Assembly: GCA_965219385.1 (NCBI GenBank)
Contig: CBDCNM010000001.1
Location: 918,631-982,630, forward strand
Source: Candidatus Latescibacterota bacterium
Lineage (GTDB): Bacteria > Latescibacterota > UBA2968 > UBA8231
Reading direction: 5' to 3'
Length of the DNA stretch: 64,000 bases
The notes below the pieces were generated by a model that searched no databases, had not been told where the DNA came from, and saw only the letters and a program-made list of their open reading frames with translations. Of this stretch, positions 49,505-59,565 are shown in pieces. How positions within the stretch are numbered: position 1 is the first letter of the stretch; each line of letters starts with the position of its first letter. A program made the translations under genes and the position numbers.

Positions 49505-50860
49505 ATGGTTGTAATAAAAGAAATTGAGCCAGATAGTCTGGGACACAGAGCAGGCTTTCAAGTCGGCGATGGCATACGCGCCATCAACGGACAGGAGGTC
49601 AGGGATTTGATTGATTTCCAGGTCCACAGTGCCGAAGAGATCCTCTGTGTCGAGGTGGAGCGGGACCGGGAGCTGTACAAGGTGGAACTCAGCCGCGCCC
49701 CCGGCGACTCCTTCGGGCTCAGCTTTGAGGCCCTCAAACTCAGGAGTTGCAATAACAAGTGTGTTTTTTGCTTTATCCATCAAATGCCCAAGGGGATGCG
49801 CCGCGGTCTGTATTTTGAAGATGATGACTACCGGCTCTCTTTCCTGCACGGTTCCTATGTCACCCTGACCAACGTGAAAGAGAAGGATATCGAGCGGATC
49901 ATCGCCCAGAGACTCTCGCCGCAATACATATCAGTGCATGCCACGGATCCATCCCTGCGCCAGAAAATGCTGGGTCGTCAACTGCCGGTGGACATTCTGG
50001 CGCGGATTGAAAGGCTGGCAGACAACAACATTCAGATGCATGCCCAGGTGGTGGTGTGTCCTGGCTGGAACGACGGGGACCACCTGCATAAAACCGTGCA
50101 CGATCTGAGCACATTCTACCCAGTCCTGCGTTCGGTCGCACTGGTACCTGTGGGCCTCACGAAATTTCGCCAGAACCTGCCCCACCTCGAAAAGGTGACC
50201 CCCGAGAAGGCACTGGAATACGTGACCCAGGCGCGGGCCTGGGGGCAGGCTTTTCAACAGGCCTTGGGAGAGCGGGTGGTGTACGCAGCCGATGAACTGT
50301 TTCTGTTGCTGGACGAATACCCGCCCGAAGCTTCTTATTACGATGCATTTCCCCAAATGGAAAACGGCATTGGTATGGTGCGCTCTTTTCTGGATTTTTG
50401 GGAGCGGGACAAAGGCCTGCTGCCTCCAAAGATCCCCCAAAGGATGTACCTGGCCTTGGTTACGGGCAAGTTAGGGCGCAAATTCATGGAGCCGATTAAA
50501 GCCGAACTCAATCAGGTAGACAATTTGCGGGTGGATCTGTTGACGGTTGAAAACTATTTTTTTGGACAAGATATCAGTGTCTCGGGTTTGTTGACCGGAG
50601 AGGACATATTGAAACGGATTGAGAATGGTCCCTGGGACAAGGTCTGCCTGCCTCCCAATTGTATCAATGGCGAGGGACTCACCCTAGATGACATGACCGT
50701 ACAAGAGCTGCAGGACAAGGCCGGTGTGCCATTGAGTGTAGGGGACTACGATCTGGTTTCTTGCCTCCTCGGTATCCTGTCCAGATCCGCCGCGGCTCAG
50801 CAAGGCCGTGGGCGGCAGCTGTCGGAACTGGGGTATATTGTAGGTCGCAAAAAGCCATGA
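49505..50860 (+). CDS. DUF512 protein (PDZ + Fe-S/radical-SAM-like)
   Basis: N-terminal PDZ-like region, CNNKCVFC (CxxxCxxC), DDDYRLSF, VPVGLT, ENGIG. Confidence 0.9.
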   Translation: MVVIKEIEPDSLGHRAGFQVGDGIRAINGQEVRDLIDFQVHSAEEILCVEVERDRELYKVELSRAPGDSFGLSFEALKLRSCNNKCVFCFIHQMPKGMRRGLYFEDDDYRLSFLHGSYVTLTNVKEKDIERIIAQRLSPQYISVHATDPSLRQKMLGRQLPVDILARIERLADNNIQMHAQVVVCPGWNDGDHLHKTVHDLSTFYPVLRSVALVPVGLTKFRQNLPHLEKVTPEKALEYVTQARAWGQAFQQALGERVVYAADELFLLLDEYPPEASYYDAFPQMENGIGMVRSFLDFWERDKGLLPPKIPQRMYLALVTGKLGRKFMEPIKAELNQVDNLRVDLLTVENYFFGQDISVSGLLTGEDILKRIENGPWDKVCLPPNCINGEGLTLDDMTVQELQDKAGVPLSVGDYDLVSCLLGILSRSAAAQQGRGRQLSELGYIVGRKKP

Positions 50861-52224
50861 AGGTTTCCGGCACACCGCTAGCCGGCGTACGGGCCGTGGG
50901 GCCTCTCCGACCTGTAGTGGCCATAGTGGGGCGGCCCAACGTGGGAAAGTCCACGCTTTTCAACCGTCTGTTGGGGGGCAGATGGGCGATTATCGACGAT
51001 CAACCCGGAGTGACCAGGGATCTCATTCAGGCTCAAATGGAGTGGGGAGGACACAGGTTTACTCTGGTAGACACTGGGGGTTATGTCCCGCGCAGCAAGG
51101 ACGCTATCGCTGCAGCGGTATGCGCTCAGGCCGAACAGGCCATCGAGGAAGCCGATGTCGTGATCCTGCTTGGTGATGCAACCACCGGGACCACGGATAT
51201 AGACCGCGAAGTGGCCCAATTGCTATTGCAGAGAAAATGCCCCTGTATGGTTGTGGTCAATAAGGTCGACCAACCAGACCAAATTGCCGTCCTGGACGAT
51301 TTTTACAGGTTGGGATTGGGGGAGCCGGTGGCGGTGTCCGCGGCTACTGGTCGACGTTCGGGGGCTTTTCTCGAACAATTCATCCAGCGTTTCGAAGACT
51401 GCTTTGTCATAGAGCAAGAGGAGGAAGATCCGGCTATAAAGGTGGTCCTGGTAGGGCGTCCCAATGTTGGCAAGTCCACTCTGATCAACCGTCTTGCGGG
51501 GCAGCGCGTTTCCCTTGTGCACAAGCGCCCGGGAACCACGCGGGACACCACCCACATCAGGTTGGACTGGAAGGGTCAGGAGTTTGTTCTCATGGACACG
51601 GCAGGGTTGCGCCGGCGCTCACGCGTCGGGGATCCCATTGAGTACTACAGCAGTTTGCGGGCCTCAAGCAGTATAGATAGCGCCGATATTGCGCTTGCCT
51701 TGATAGATGCGGTCGAGGGGTGTACATTGCAAGATATCCGGATCATAAACCAGGTCATTGAGGCAGGTTGCGGCCTGGTCATTGCGGTAAATAAATGGGA
51801 TCTGATCGACACCCGAGCCAAAAGCGGCCGGGAATTTTTGCAAGATTTTCACCACAAGTATCCTTTTCTGGAGGACTACCCACTTTTGTTCGTTTCGGCA
51901 CTTACCGGCAAAAAGCTACTGGAGTGTTTAGAGAGCGTCTCCCGGGCCTATGGCAATTATTCTTCCAGGGTGGGAACCGCCCACTTGAACCGGCTCGTCG
52001 AGAAACTGAGTCGGGACATGCCCCCGGCACAGGGTGGCCGAGAGGTCAAACTGCTTTATGCGACACAGCATGGAGTGACGCCTCCCACCTTTGTCGTATT
52101 TTCCAATCGGCCCGAATTGGTCAACCATTCGTATAAGCGATTCTTCGAAAAGCAGTTAAGAGCCCACTTCGGCCTTACAGGAACCCCTATTCGCATGGTT
52201 TGGCGCAAGCGGCGGACCCGTTGA
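50857..52224 (+). CDS. der: Ribosome biogenesis GTPase Der
   Basis: Two GRPNVGKS domains, DTGG/DTAG, PPTF C-terminal domain. Confidence 0.96.
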   Translation: MKVSGTPLAGVRAVGPLRPVVAIVGRPNVGKSTLFNRLLGGRWAIIDDQPGVTRDLIQAQMEWGGHRFTLVDTGGYVPRSKDAIAAAVCAQAEQAIEEADVVILLGDATTGTTDIDREVAQLLLQRKCPCMVVVNKVDQPDQIAVLDDFYRLGLGEPVAVSAATGRRSGAFLEQFIQRFEDCFVIEQEEEDPAIKVVLVGRPNVGKSTLINRLAGQRVSLVHKRPGTTRDTTHIRLDWKGQEFVLMDTAGLRRRSRVGDPIEYYSSLRASSSIDSADIALALIDAVEGCTLQDIRIINQVIEAGCGLVIAVNKWDLIDTRAKSGREFLQDFHHKYPFLEDYPLLFVSALTGKKLLECLESVSRAYGNYSSRVGTAHLNRLVEKLSRDMPPAQGGREVKLLYATQHGVTPPTFVVFSNRPELVNHSYKRFFEKQLRAHFGLTGTPIRMVWRKRRTR

Positions 52225-52254
52225 AAGTGGCTCACTGAATACAGGAGTCTGTTC

Positions 52255-52791
52255 GTGAAAAATTCACTGAAGCGCAAGCTTTACTACAGCATCAGCGAAG
52301 TTGCCGAACTCACCAGTATGCAACCTTATACCTTGAGGGCGTGGGAAAGAGAATTTTCGTGCCTCAGGCCACGCCGCATCCACGGCAAAAACCGGTCTTA
52401 TCGAGAGCGGGATATTGGTATTATCCTGTTGATCAAGCGTCTTTTGTACGAAGAGCGCTATACAACGCAAGGAGCCAACCAAAAACTCAAAAACGAGCCC
52501 GAATTGGTCTGCCAGGCCGCCGATGACATCAACATAACTCAACTGGTGGACCCCAAGGTAGAGCTTGAAGCTTGGGAAGGGGACACTTTAACGGCCCCGG
52601 TTGCTTCTTCTGGCGAAAAAGACTGGGACCTGTTGGAAAGGGAAGGAGAGTCGACGCAAGAATATGGGGGATCGGCAAACAGCCAGCCCGAATTGGCAGA
52701 CAAGACCCCGGTTGAAGAACCAAGGTCGCTGAAAACCTTTGTCGAGAATACCCGCAAGGAATTGAATGAGATCCTGCAGATTTTAGGGTAA
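52255..52791 (+). CDS. MerR-family HTH protein with acidic tail
   Basis: KLYYSISEVA...LRAWEREF...RSY...LLYEERYT. Confidence 0.85.
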   Translation: MKNSLKRKLYYSISEVAELTSMQPYTLRAWEREFSCLRPRRIHGKNRSYRERDIGIILLIKRLLYEERYTTQGANQKLKNEPELVCQAADDINITQLVDPKVELEAWEGDTLTAPVASSGEKDWDLLEREGESTQEYGGSANSQPELADKTPVEEPRSLKTFVENTRKELNEILQILG

Positions 52792-52921
52792 TTTGTTGGG
52801 CACTAATGGGTTGGGCCTGTCATTTAGGAAAAGCTATAAATCGATCTTGCCTAAAACCATATATTGGGCTATTTTTTAGTGTAAGTGGGCGTGCGAGCCC
52901 GCTTTTTGCTTAGAAGCGGTC

Positions 52922-53398
52922 TTGAAGGGAGATATTGCCATTTCCACGGTTGGCCAAATCGAATTAAAAGAAAGGCTCATAGAGCTTGTGGAGCCTGTGG
53001 TTCAGGACCATGGAGCTGTACTGGTCGATCTGGAATTAGGCGGTGGGGCCAACAACCAGATCCTGCGTGTTCTCGTACACACGGACTCAGGTATCACTCT
53101 CGCTCAATGCGAGGGTATAAGCCGCGAGGTTGCGGATATGCTGGATGTTGAGGATCCCATTCCAGGTCGTTATCGACTCGAAGTAACTTCTCCAGGCCTG
53201 GGTCGGCCGTTGCGGTCGGATCGAGATTTTAGTCGGGCCCACTCCCGGTTGTTGAAAGTGGTGTTGGCCTCGGGTGCGGCAAAGTACGGGCGCTTGTTGG
53301 AATGGCACGAGGATCGGATTACCCTGAAGCTCAAGGAGGGGGCAGAGGAGATAGAGCGCCGGGCGATCGTCAAGGCTACGATTGAAGCAGAATTTTAG
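52922..53398 (+). CDS. rimP: Ribosome maturation factor RimP
   Basis: YRLEVTSPGLGRPL; upstream of nusA. Confidence 0.93.
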   Translation: MKGDIAISTVGQIELKERLIELVEPVVQDHGAVLVDLELGGGANNQILRVLVHTDSGITLAQCEGISREVADMLDVEDPIPGRYRLEVTSPGLGRPLRSDRDFSRAHSRLLKVVLASGAAKYGRLLEWHEDRITLKLKEGAEEIERRAIVKATIEAEF

Positions 53399-53422
53399 TG
53401 TTTTTCTCTCTCAGGGGATTTT

Positions 53423-54808
53423 ATGAACAATCTCAGTATTGTCGAAGCATTGGGACAGATTGCTCGAGAAAAAAATATAGACCGTGAGTTGGTGGTTCAA
53501 ACCCTTGCCGACGCCCTTGTTTCCGCGGCTAAGAAGCGCTACGGAAATACAGATAATTTTGAGGCTAAAATCGATTCTACCACCGGCCAGATGGAGTTGA
53601 GCGCCCACAAGACCGTGGTGGTGGAGGTGGAAGAACCCGGTCTTGAGATTGAACTTGAGGACGCTCTGGCCATTGACGCCCAGGCGCAATTTGGGTCGGT
53701 TGTCGTCGAAAAATTGGATCTGGCTGACTTCGGCCGCAATGCCATTCAAACAGCCAAGCAGATTCTCATTCAGCGCGTGAGGGAAGCCGAACGGGAGCGC
53801 ATCCACGAGGAATTCGCCGGCCGGACAGGGCAGATTGAATCGGGCATAGTACAGCAGATAAGTCGCGGGGATATCATCTTAAACCTAGGGCGGGCAGAGG
53901 CGGCTGTTCCCCTGAAGGAACAAATTCGCCGGGAACGCTACCGCCAGGGCGATACCGTGAGGGGGCTTATTTACGAGATTTTGAAATCCAGCCGGGGCCC
54001 TCAGGTCTTGCTCTCGCGCACCCACCCGGATTTTCTCAGAAAGCTTTTTTCGATCGAAGTACCCGAAATCGCCGAAGGCATAGTCGAGATCCACGCCGTG
54101 GCAAGGGACCCTGGCGAGCGCGCTAAAATTGCGGTGAGTTCCAGCGATGAACGCGTGGATCCGGTCGGTGCCTGTGTCGGGGTCAAGGGTTCGCGGGTGC
54201 AGGCTATTGTGCGGGAACTGGGTGGAGAACGCATCGATATAGTGCCGTGGAGCGATGAACCTGAAATCTTTATTGCCAGAGCGCTCAGTCCGACCAATGT
54301 TTCTCGGGTTATTGTCGACCAACGTCGCCACCATGCTTCGATCCTGGTGGACGAAGATCAACTCTCCCTCGCCATCGGTAAGTCTGGACAGAATTCCAAA
54401 TTGGCGGCGCAGTTGACGGGGTGGGGGTTGGATATTATTACCGAAGAAGAATACCAGGAGCGTCGGGGCCAGATCGCTCAGAGTGAGCAGGAATTCCGCC
54501 GTTTGTCTGGCGTCAGTGAGCTTATTGCTCTCAGCCTGGCTACATCGGGATTTACCTCCATCAAAGAGATCGCCGAGTCCTCCGTAGATCTATTGAAGAC
54601 GGTGCCGGGCCTGGAAGAAAAAGAAACCATAGCAGAGCTGAAACTGATTGCCGAGGCGTTTGCCAAAGAGCATAAAGAGGAAGAAGAAAATGAACCGTCC
54701 GAGCAAGAAGACCCGGCTGCGGGTGCAGAGGAGGTTGGGGTAGCCGAACGTTGCGAAGTTTCCGCCGGCAATGAGACGGATTCCGAATCACCCCCAGGCC
54801 AATCCTAG
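53423..54808 (+). CDS. nusA: Transcription factor NusA
   Basis: FGRNAIQTAKQ, EVPEI, DPVGACVG, LAIGKSGQN. Confidence 0.97.
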   Translation: MNNLSIVEALGQIAREKNIDRELVVQTLADALVSAAKKRYGNTDNFEAKIDSTTGQMELSAHKTVVVEVEEPGLEIELEDALAIDAQAQFGSVVVEKLDLADFGRNAIQTAKQILIQRVREAERERIHEEFAGRTGQIESGIVQQISRGDIILNLGRAEAAVPLKEQIRRERYRQGDTVRGLIYEILKSSRGPQVLLSRTHPDFLRKLFSIEVPEIAEGIVEIHAVARDPGERAKIAVSSSDERVDPVGACVGVKGSRVQAIVRELGGERIDIVPWSDEPEIFIARALSPTNVSRVIVDQRRHHASILVDEDQLSLAIGKSGQNSKLAAQLTGWGLDIITEEEYQERRGQIAQSEQEFRRLSGVSELIALSLATSGFTSIKEIAESSVDLLKTVPGLEEKETIAELKLIAEAFAKEHKEEEENEPSEQEDPAAGAEEVGVAERCEVSAGNETDSESPPGQS

Positions 54809-54843
54809 CCCCGATTGGCTCTACTGACAAGGGAGAGAGCTTC

Positions 54844-57243
54844 TTGGAAAAACGCAGGGTATATCAAGTCGCCAAAGAAAGAAAGCTATCCAGCGATGCC
54901 TTGATTTCCATGCTCAAAGGCATGGGATATGAAATCAAGAGCCATATGAGTGTGGTTACCGCCGATATGCTTGAGGCGATTACCCGCAAATTCGAAGAAG
55001 AAAAAAAGAGCTCAATAGCAGAGGTGCAAAGGCAGAAGACCAAGGAAGAAATCCGCAAAAAATCCGAAGCTCAAACCTCAGTGGAAAGGCGGGAGGCCCC
55101 CCAAGCCGAAACTAAAACTGTCAGGACCCCTCCCCGGAGACGGACTTCGTCGACAGTGGCTCCGCTGGTTGCGCCGGAATCAAAAGGCCCACTACCGAAG
55201 GAGGGAGAAGAGAGGAAGCGCCCTAAGCGACGTGGTAAACGCGAAGAAATTGCAATTCCCGAGGATGGGGAAGGACGCTTGAAAAAGAAGGAGCTGACCT
55301 CAGTCTCTCAAAGCGGTGAAACAGGTGGACAAGGCCGGGGCAGTCGCGGCAAGCGAAAGCGAGCAAGCGATACCAAAGTCGTGCAGGAAAATGTACGCAA
55401 GACCCTTTCTCAGATAAATGAGGGGCAGCCCCGTCGTCGGTATGACAGGGCCGTCCGCAAAGACGAAGAAGCGGGTGCGGCCGAGGAAGACAAGACGCTG
55501 ACTGTGAGCGAATTCATCACCGTTGCCGAACTTGCCGAACACATGGAAGTAAGATCTACCGAGGTCATTGCAGCTTGTCTGCAATTGGGCATGATGGTCA
55601 CCATCAATCAACGCCTCGACATGGACACCATCATCACCGTTGCCGACGAATTTGGCTTTGACGTCCGGGCGCTCGAAGATCAGGAAGAGTTTTTGTTAGA
55701 CGAATTGGAGGAAGAGGAGACGGGGGAGCCCGAACCCAGGCCGCCGGTGGTTACGGTGATGGGTCATGTCGACCATGGCAAAACCTCGCTGTTAGACTAT
55801 CTGCGCGAAACCAATGTCGTCGCCGACGAGTCCGGCGGCATTACCCAGCACATCGGCGCCTATGTAGTCAGAACGCCCGACGGACGCACAATTACCTTCC
55901 TCGATACTCCGGGACATGCTGCTTTTACGGCCATGAGGGCTCGGGGTGCCCGCGTCACCGACTTGGTCATTCTGGTGGTTGCGGCCGACGATAATGTCAT
56001 GCCTCAGACCATTGAAGCGATCGATCACGCCAAGGCTGCCCGGGTGCCCATCGTAGTGGCCATCAACAAAATCGATCTCCCCACCGCCGATCCCGACCGG
56101 ATTAAGCGCCAGCTGGCCGAACGGGAGGTGTTGCTCGAAGAATGGGGCGGTAAAATACCCTGTGCCGAAATTTCGGCTAAGACGGGGGCGGGCATTGGCA
56201 AACTCCTCGAATTGGTCCTGATCGAGTCCGAACTGTTGGAGCTAAAAGCTACGTCACAAAAAAAGGCGCGGGGTACCATCATCGAGGCCCAACTGGACAA
56301 GGGACGAGGGGCCGTGGCTACGGTGCTGGTGCAGGAGGGGACTTTACAGCGGGGTGATCCTTTCATTACAGGTGTATTCAATGGTCGTGTGCGGGCATTG
56401 CTGGACGAACACGGACAGGCGGTCGAGGAGATCCTACCCTCTGAGCCCGTACAGGTTTTGGGACTGGCCGGCGTTCCTCAAGCAGGAGACAGTTTTGTGG
56501 TGACCACCTCTGAAAGGGAAGCCAAGTCTCTCAGTCAAAAGCGCCAGCAAATGAAACGCGAACAAGAACACCGCACCCTGGGTGCTGTTACTCTGAGCGA
56601 TCTGCACTATCAGATCCAGCAGGGAAAAGTAAAAGACCTTAAAGTGATCGTAAAAGGCGACGCAGACGGATCGGTTGAGGCGATCAACCAGGAGCTGGGG
56701 GCCATCACGCATGAAGAGGTGCGCGTCTATGTCATCCACAGCGGGGTGGGGGCCATTTCCGAGTCCGACGTGTTGCTGGCCTCGGCCTCCAGTGCTATTA
56801 TTATCGGCTTTGGGGTACAACCCGATCCTTCTGCGCGCGCAGTGGCCAGCCGCGACAAGATCGAGATTCGTCTTTACAAGGTCATTTACGAGGTCGTTGA
56901 AGACATCAAAGCTGGTCTGTCAGGGTTACTGGCGCCCGGTTCTGAGGAGCGGGTGCTCGGGACCGCTCAGGTTCGTCAAGTTTTCAGCTCTTCCAAGGCA
57001 GGCAGCATTGCCGGGTGCATGATCCAGCAGGGCAAAATTTCGCGCAATAATCGCGTTCGGTTATTGCGCGGAGGGACCGCCCTTTTCGAGGGGGAAATCG
57101 CGTCCCTGCGACGCTTTAAAGACGATGTGCGCGAGGTCCTCGAAGGATACGAATGTGGGATTGGGCTCGAAGGTTTCAACGATGTCCAAGAAGAGGATAT
57201 CATCGAAGCTCTGGAGGTCGTTGAGACCGCCCGGACTCTTTAG
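54844..57243 (+). CDS. infB: Translation initiation factor IF-2
   Basis: [26 protein letters not shown]. Confidence 0.98.
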   Translation: MEKRRVYQVAKERKLSSDALISMLKGMGYEIKSHMSVVTADMLEAITRKFEEEKKSSIAEVQRQKTKEEIRKKSEAQTSVERREAPQAETKTVRTPPRRRTSSTVAPLVAPESKGPLPKEGEERKRPKRRGKREEIAIPEDGEGRLKKKELTSVSQSGETGGQGRGSRGKRKRASDTKVVQENVRKTLSQINEGQPRRRYDRAVRKDEEAGAAEEDKTLTVSEFITVAELAEHMEVRSTEVIAACLQLGMMVTINQRLDMDTIITVADEFGFDVRALEDQEEFLLDELEEEETGEPEPRPPVVTVMGHVDHGKTSLLDYLRETNVVADESGGITQHIGAYVVRTPDGRTITFLDTPGHAAFTAMRARGARVTDLVILVVAADDNVMPQTIEAIDHAKAARVPIVVAINKIDLPTADPDRIKRQLAEREVLLEEWGGKIPCAEISAKTGAGIGKLLELVLIESELLELKATSQKKARGTIIEAQLDKGRGAVATVLVQEGTLQRGDPFITGVFNGRVRALLDEHGQAVEEILPSEPVQVLGLAGVPQAGDSFVVTTSEREAKSLSQKRQQMKREQEHRTLGAVTLSDLHYQIQQGKVKDLKVIVKGDADGSVEAINQELGAITHEEVRVYVIHSGVGAISESDVLLASASSAIIIGFGVQPDPSARAVASRDKIEIRLYKVIYEVVEDIKAGLSGLLAPGSEERVLGTAQVRQVFSSSKAGSIAGCMIQQGKISRNNRVRLLRGGTALFEGEIASLRRFKDDVREVLEGYECGIGLEGFNDVQEEDIIEALEVVETARTL

Positions 57244-57269
57244 GGGCCCGATGACAGGATATTGACACA

Positions 57270-57551
57270 TTGGTAGTAATGGTCTGCGAGGTGCAGATAT
57301 TCCTGCCGGAGGGCAGGTCGCTCAAAAATAAACGGCAGGTTCTCAATAGTTTGAAGGAACGCATACACAATCGTTTTGGTGTTTCCGTCGCCGAGGTTGC
57401 GCACAATGATTTGTGGCAACGTGCTACTCTTGGAGTCGCCGTGGTTAGTTCTTCTACAGGACATGCCAATGAAGTCCTTTCAAAAACAGTAAATTTCATC
57501 GAGCAGGACATGCGGGTGCAAATGCTCGGTTACTCCATGGAATCCCGCTGA
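57270..57551 (+). CDS. DUF503 (YlxP-like) protein
   Basis: SLKNKR...FGVSVAEV...DLWQR; lies between infB and rbfA. Confidence 0.9.
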   Translation: MVVMVCEVQIFLPEGRSLKNKRQVLNSLKERIHNRFGVSVAEVAHNDLWQRATLGVAVVSSSTGHANEVLSKTVNFIEQDMRVQMLGYSMESR

Positions 57552-57557
57552 ATACCA

Positions 57558-57917
57558 ATGGCCTCTCCTTATAGAATTAACCGTGTCCGCGAACTTCTTC
57601 TGCGCGAGTTCAGCGCTATTATCACGCGCCTGAAGGATCCCCGGATTGGCCATGTGACTGTGGTAGATACCGAAGTTTCGCAGGATATGCGCTACGCTAC
57701 GATTTTTGTCAGCTTGATGGGTAGTCAAATCGAGCAGCAGGAAGCCAAAGAAGCGCTCCAAAGCGCCCGGGGGTTTATTCGGCGGGAAGTCGCCCATCGA
57801 GTTCCTTTCAGGTACACCCCTGAAATAAGGATCCTATACGATGATACGGCCGAAAGGGCGGCCCATCTCACGGCTTTGATCAACAGCCTTGATGAAACGG
57901 GGGATGGCGGAGCATAA
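57558..57917 (+). CDS. rbfA: Ribosome-binding factor A
   Basis: LKDPRI, RYTPEI. Confidence 0.93.
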   Translation: MASPYRINRVRELLLREFSAIITRLKDPRIGHVTVVDTEVSQDMRYATIFVSLMGSQIEQQEAKEALQSARGFIRREVAHRVPFRYTPEIRILYDDTAERAAHLTALINSLDETGDGGA

Positions 57918-58848
57918 CTTCGAAGGCATTCTGGTTTTAGATAAAAAAAAGGGGCCTACCTCTCACGATGTGGTCGCAGATTTGCGCTCGATTACAGGCG
58001 TGCGACGCCTAGGCCATTGCGGCACCTTGGATCCGCTTGCCAGTGGGGTCCTGGTGGTTTGTCTGGGGAGGTTCACGCGGCTGAATGAGTGGTTGAGCGC
58101 GGGAGAGAAAACCTACGAAGCGACCTTTCATTTAGGGGCGACGAGCGATACTTATGATGCCCAGGGCTGTATCACTCCGACTTCCCGTATAAAGCTGCCC
58201 TCTGCGGATGATGTAGTCCAACATGTGCAGAGTTTCACCGGAACCATAGAGCAGATCCCACCCGCTTTCTCCGCGGTGAAAGTCCGGGGAGTACCCAGTT
58301 ACAAGCTGGCGCGGCGCAATCAGGCTGCACCTTTGCAAGCACGAAGGGTACACATCGCGGAGATCGAGGTCCGCGAATACGACTTTCCTTTGCTCAAGCT
58401 GCGGATTGTTTGTTCCAGGGGGACGTATATTCGGTCGCTGGCAGCGGATCTGGGGGAGCGGCTGGGCTGCGGAGGGTATGTCCAGGAGTTGAAACGGTGC
58501 CGGGTTGGCACACTGGGCCTGGACATTGCTTTTTCATTGCAACAAATCCGGGAGGCCGTAGCTAGGGGCCAACTGGAGCAATGCTTCGTTGCCCCTCATG
58601 CGGCATTGGATGGTTTGCGGCCAATCACCCTCGGAGCCCATGGACTCCAGCGCTTTGCGCATGGCAATCCAGTACAACTGGAACAACCATGCAGCGCTCG
58701 AGACAACCTGGTCTGTGCGGTGTACGATAGAGATTTGACTCTGTATGGAATAGCCCAGTGGGACGTTGCGGATCAAAGTTTGCGGCCCCTGAAGGTATTG
58801 CGCCAGTCAAAGACGGGCGGGTACAAGGTTGCGAAGCCTCGGTTGTGA
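57904..58848 (+). CDS. truB: tRNA pseudouridine(55) synthase
   Basis: GHCGTLDPLASG, QIPPAFSA, CSRGTYIRSL. Confidence 0.96.
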   Translation: MAEHNFEGILVLDKKKGPTSHDVVADLRSITGVRRLGHCGTLDPLASGVLVVCLGRFTRLNEWLSAGEKTYEATFHLGATSDTYDAQGCITPTSRIKLPSADDVVQHVQSFTGTIEQIPPAFSAVKVRGVPSYKLARRNQAAPLQARRVHIAEIEVREYDFPLLKLRIVCSRGTYIRSLAADLGERLGCGGYVQELKRCRVGTLGLDIAFSLQQIREAVARGQLEQCFVAPHAALDGLRPITLGAHGLQRFAHGNPVQLEQPCSARDNLVCAVYDRDLTLYGIAQWDVADQSLRPLKVLRQSKTGGYKVAKPRL

Positions 58849-59224
58849 AGCCATTGCATTTCAGGGGGCGGGTAGAGCGCGGTCGGGCCCGGGGGCGGGA
58901 ACTGGATTTCCCACGGCTAACCTGGCCTTAGAGTCTCCTCCAAAAGACCTGGAACAAGGGGTCTACGTAGGACGGGTGCATTGGGATGAAGGTCCACTAT
59001 ACGGCGTGCTGGTAAATTGGGGCAATCGTCCTACGTTCGGGGGAGAAGATCGGGCGATGGAATTACACATCCTGGATTTTTCCGGTAATTTATATGGCAA
59101 GGTCCTGGATTTAACCATTTTTGAGCGCTTGCGCGATGAGCAGTACTTTGCGGCAAAAGAATTACTGATAAGACAAATCGAGATGGATCTTGAACAAGCG
59201 CGCAGGATCCTGGATAACACTTAA
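58845..59224 (+). CDS. Stand-alone riboflavin kinase domain (RibF C-terminal half) with an apparent 1-nt deletion near 58904
   Basis: GTG overlaps the truB TGA; MKPLHFRGRVERGRARGREL / GFPTANL, GNRPTF, ELHILDF, LRDE. Confidence 0.8.
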
Positions 59225-59247
59225 TAGTAAGGAGACGGAGGTGTAAC

Positions 59248-59517
59248 GTGTCGATTACCGCAGAAAAGAAAAAAGAGCTGGTAGAGGAGTACGGCAGGAA
59301 CGAAACAGATACAGGGTCCACAGCCGCCCAGATTGCCATTTTGACGGAACGGATTCGCCACCTGACCGTCCATCTGCAAACCCATGATAAGGATTTTGGG
59401 TCCCGCCGCGGCCTGTTAAGGTTGATAGGACAGCGCCGGCGCTTGCAGACGTATTTCCAGCGTTCCCATCCCGAAGAATACGCCCAGCTGATAAAGAGCC
59501 TTGATTTGCGGCGCTGA
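59248..59517 (+). CDS. rpsO: 30S ribosomal protein S15
   Basis: DTGSTAAQIAILT, SRRGLL. Confidence 0.97.
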   Translation: MSITAEKKKELVEEYGRNETDTGSTAAQIAILTERIRHLTVHLQTHDKDFGSRRGLLRLIGQRRRLQTYFQRSHPEEYAQLIKSLDLRR

Positions 59518-59565
59518 ATCTTTGGGCATACCCCCAATCAAAGCAAATTCCTACGAGAGCGAGAA

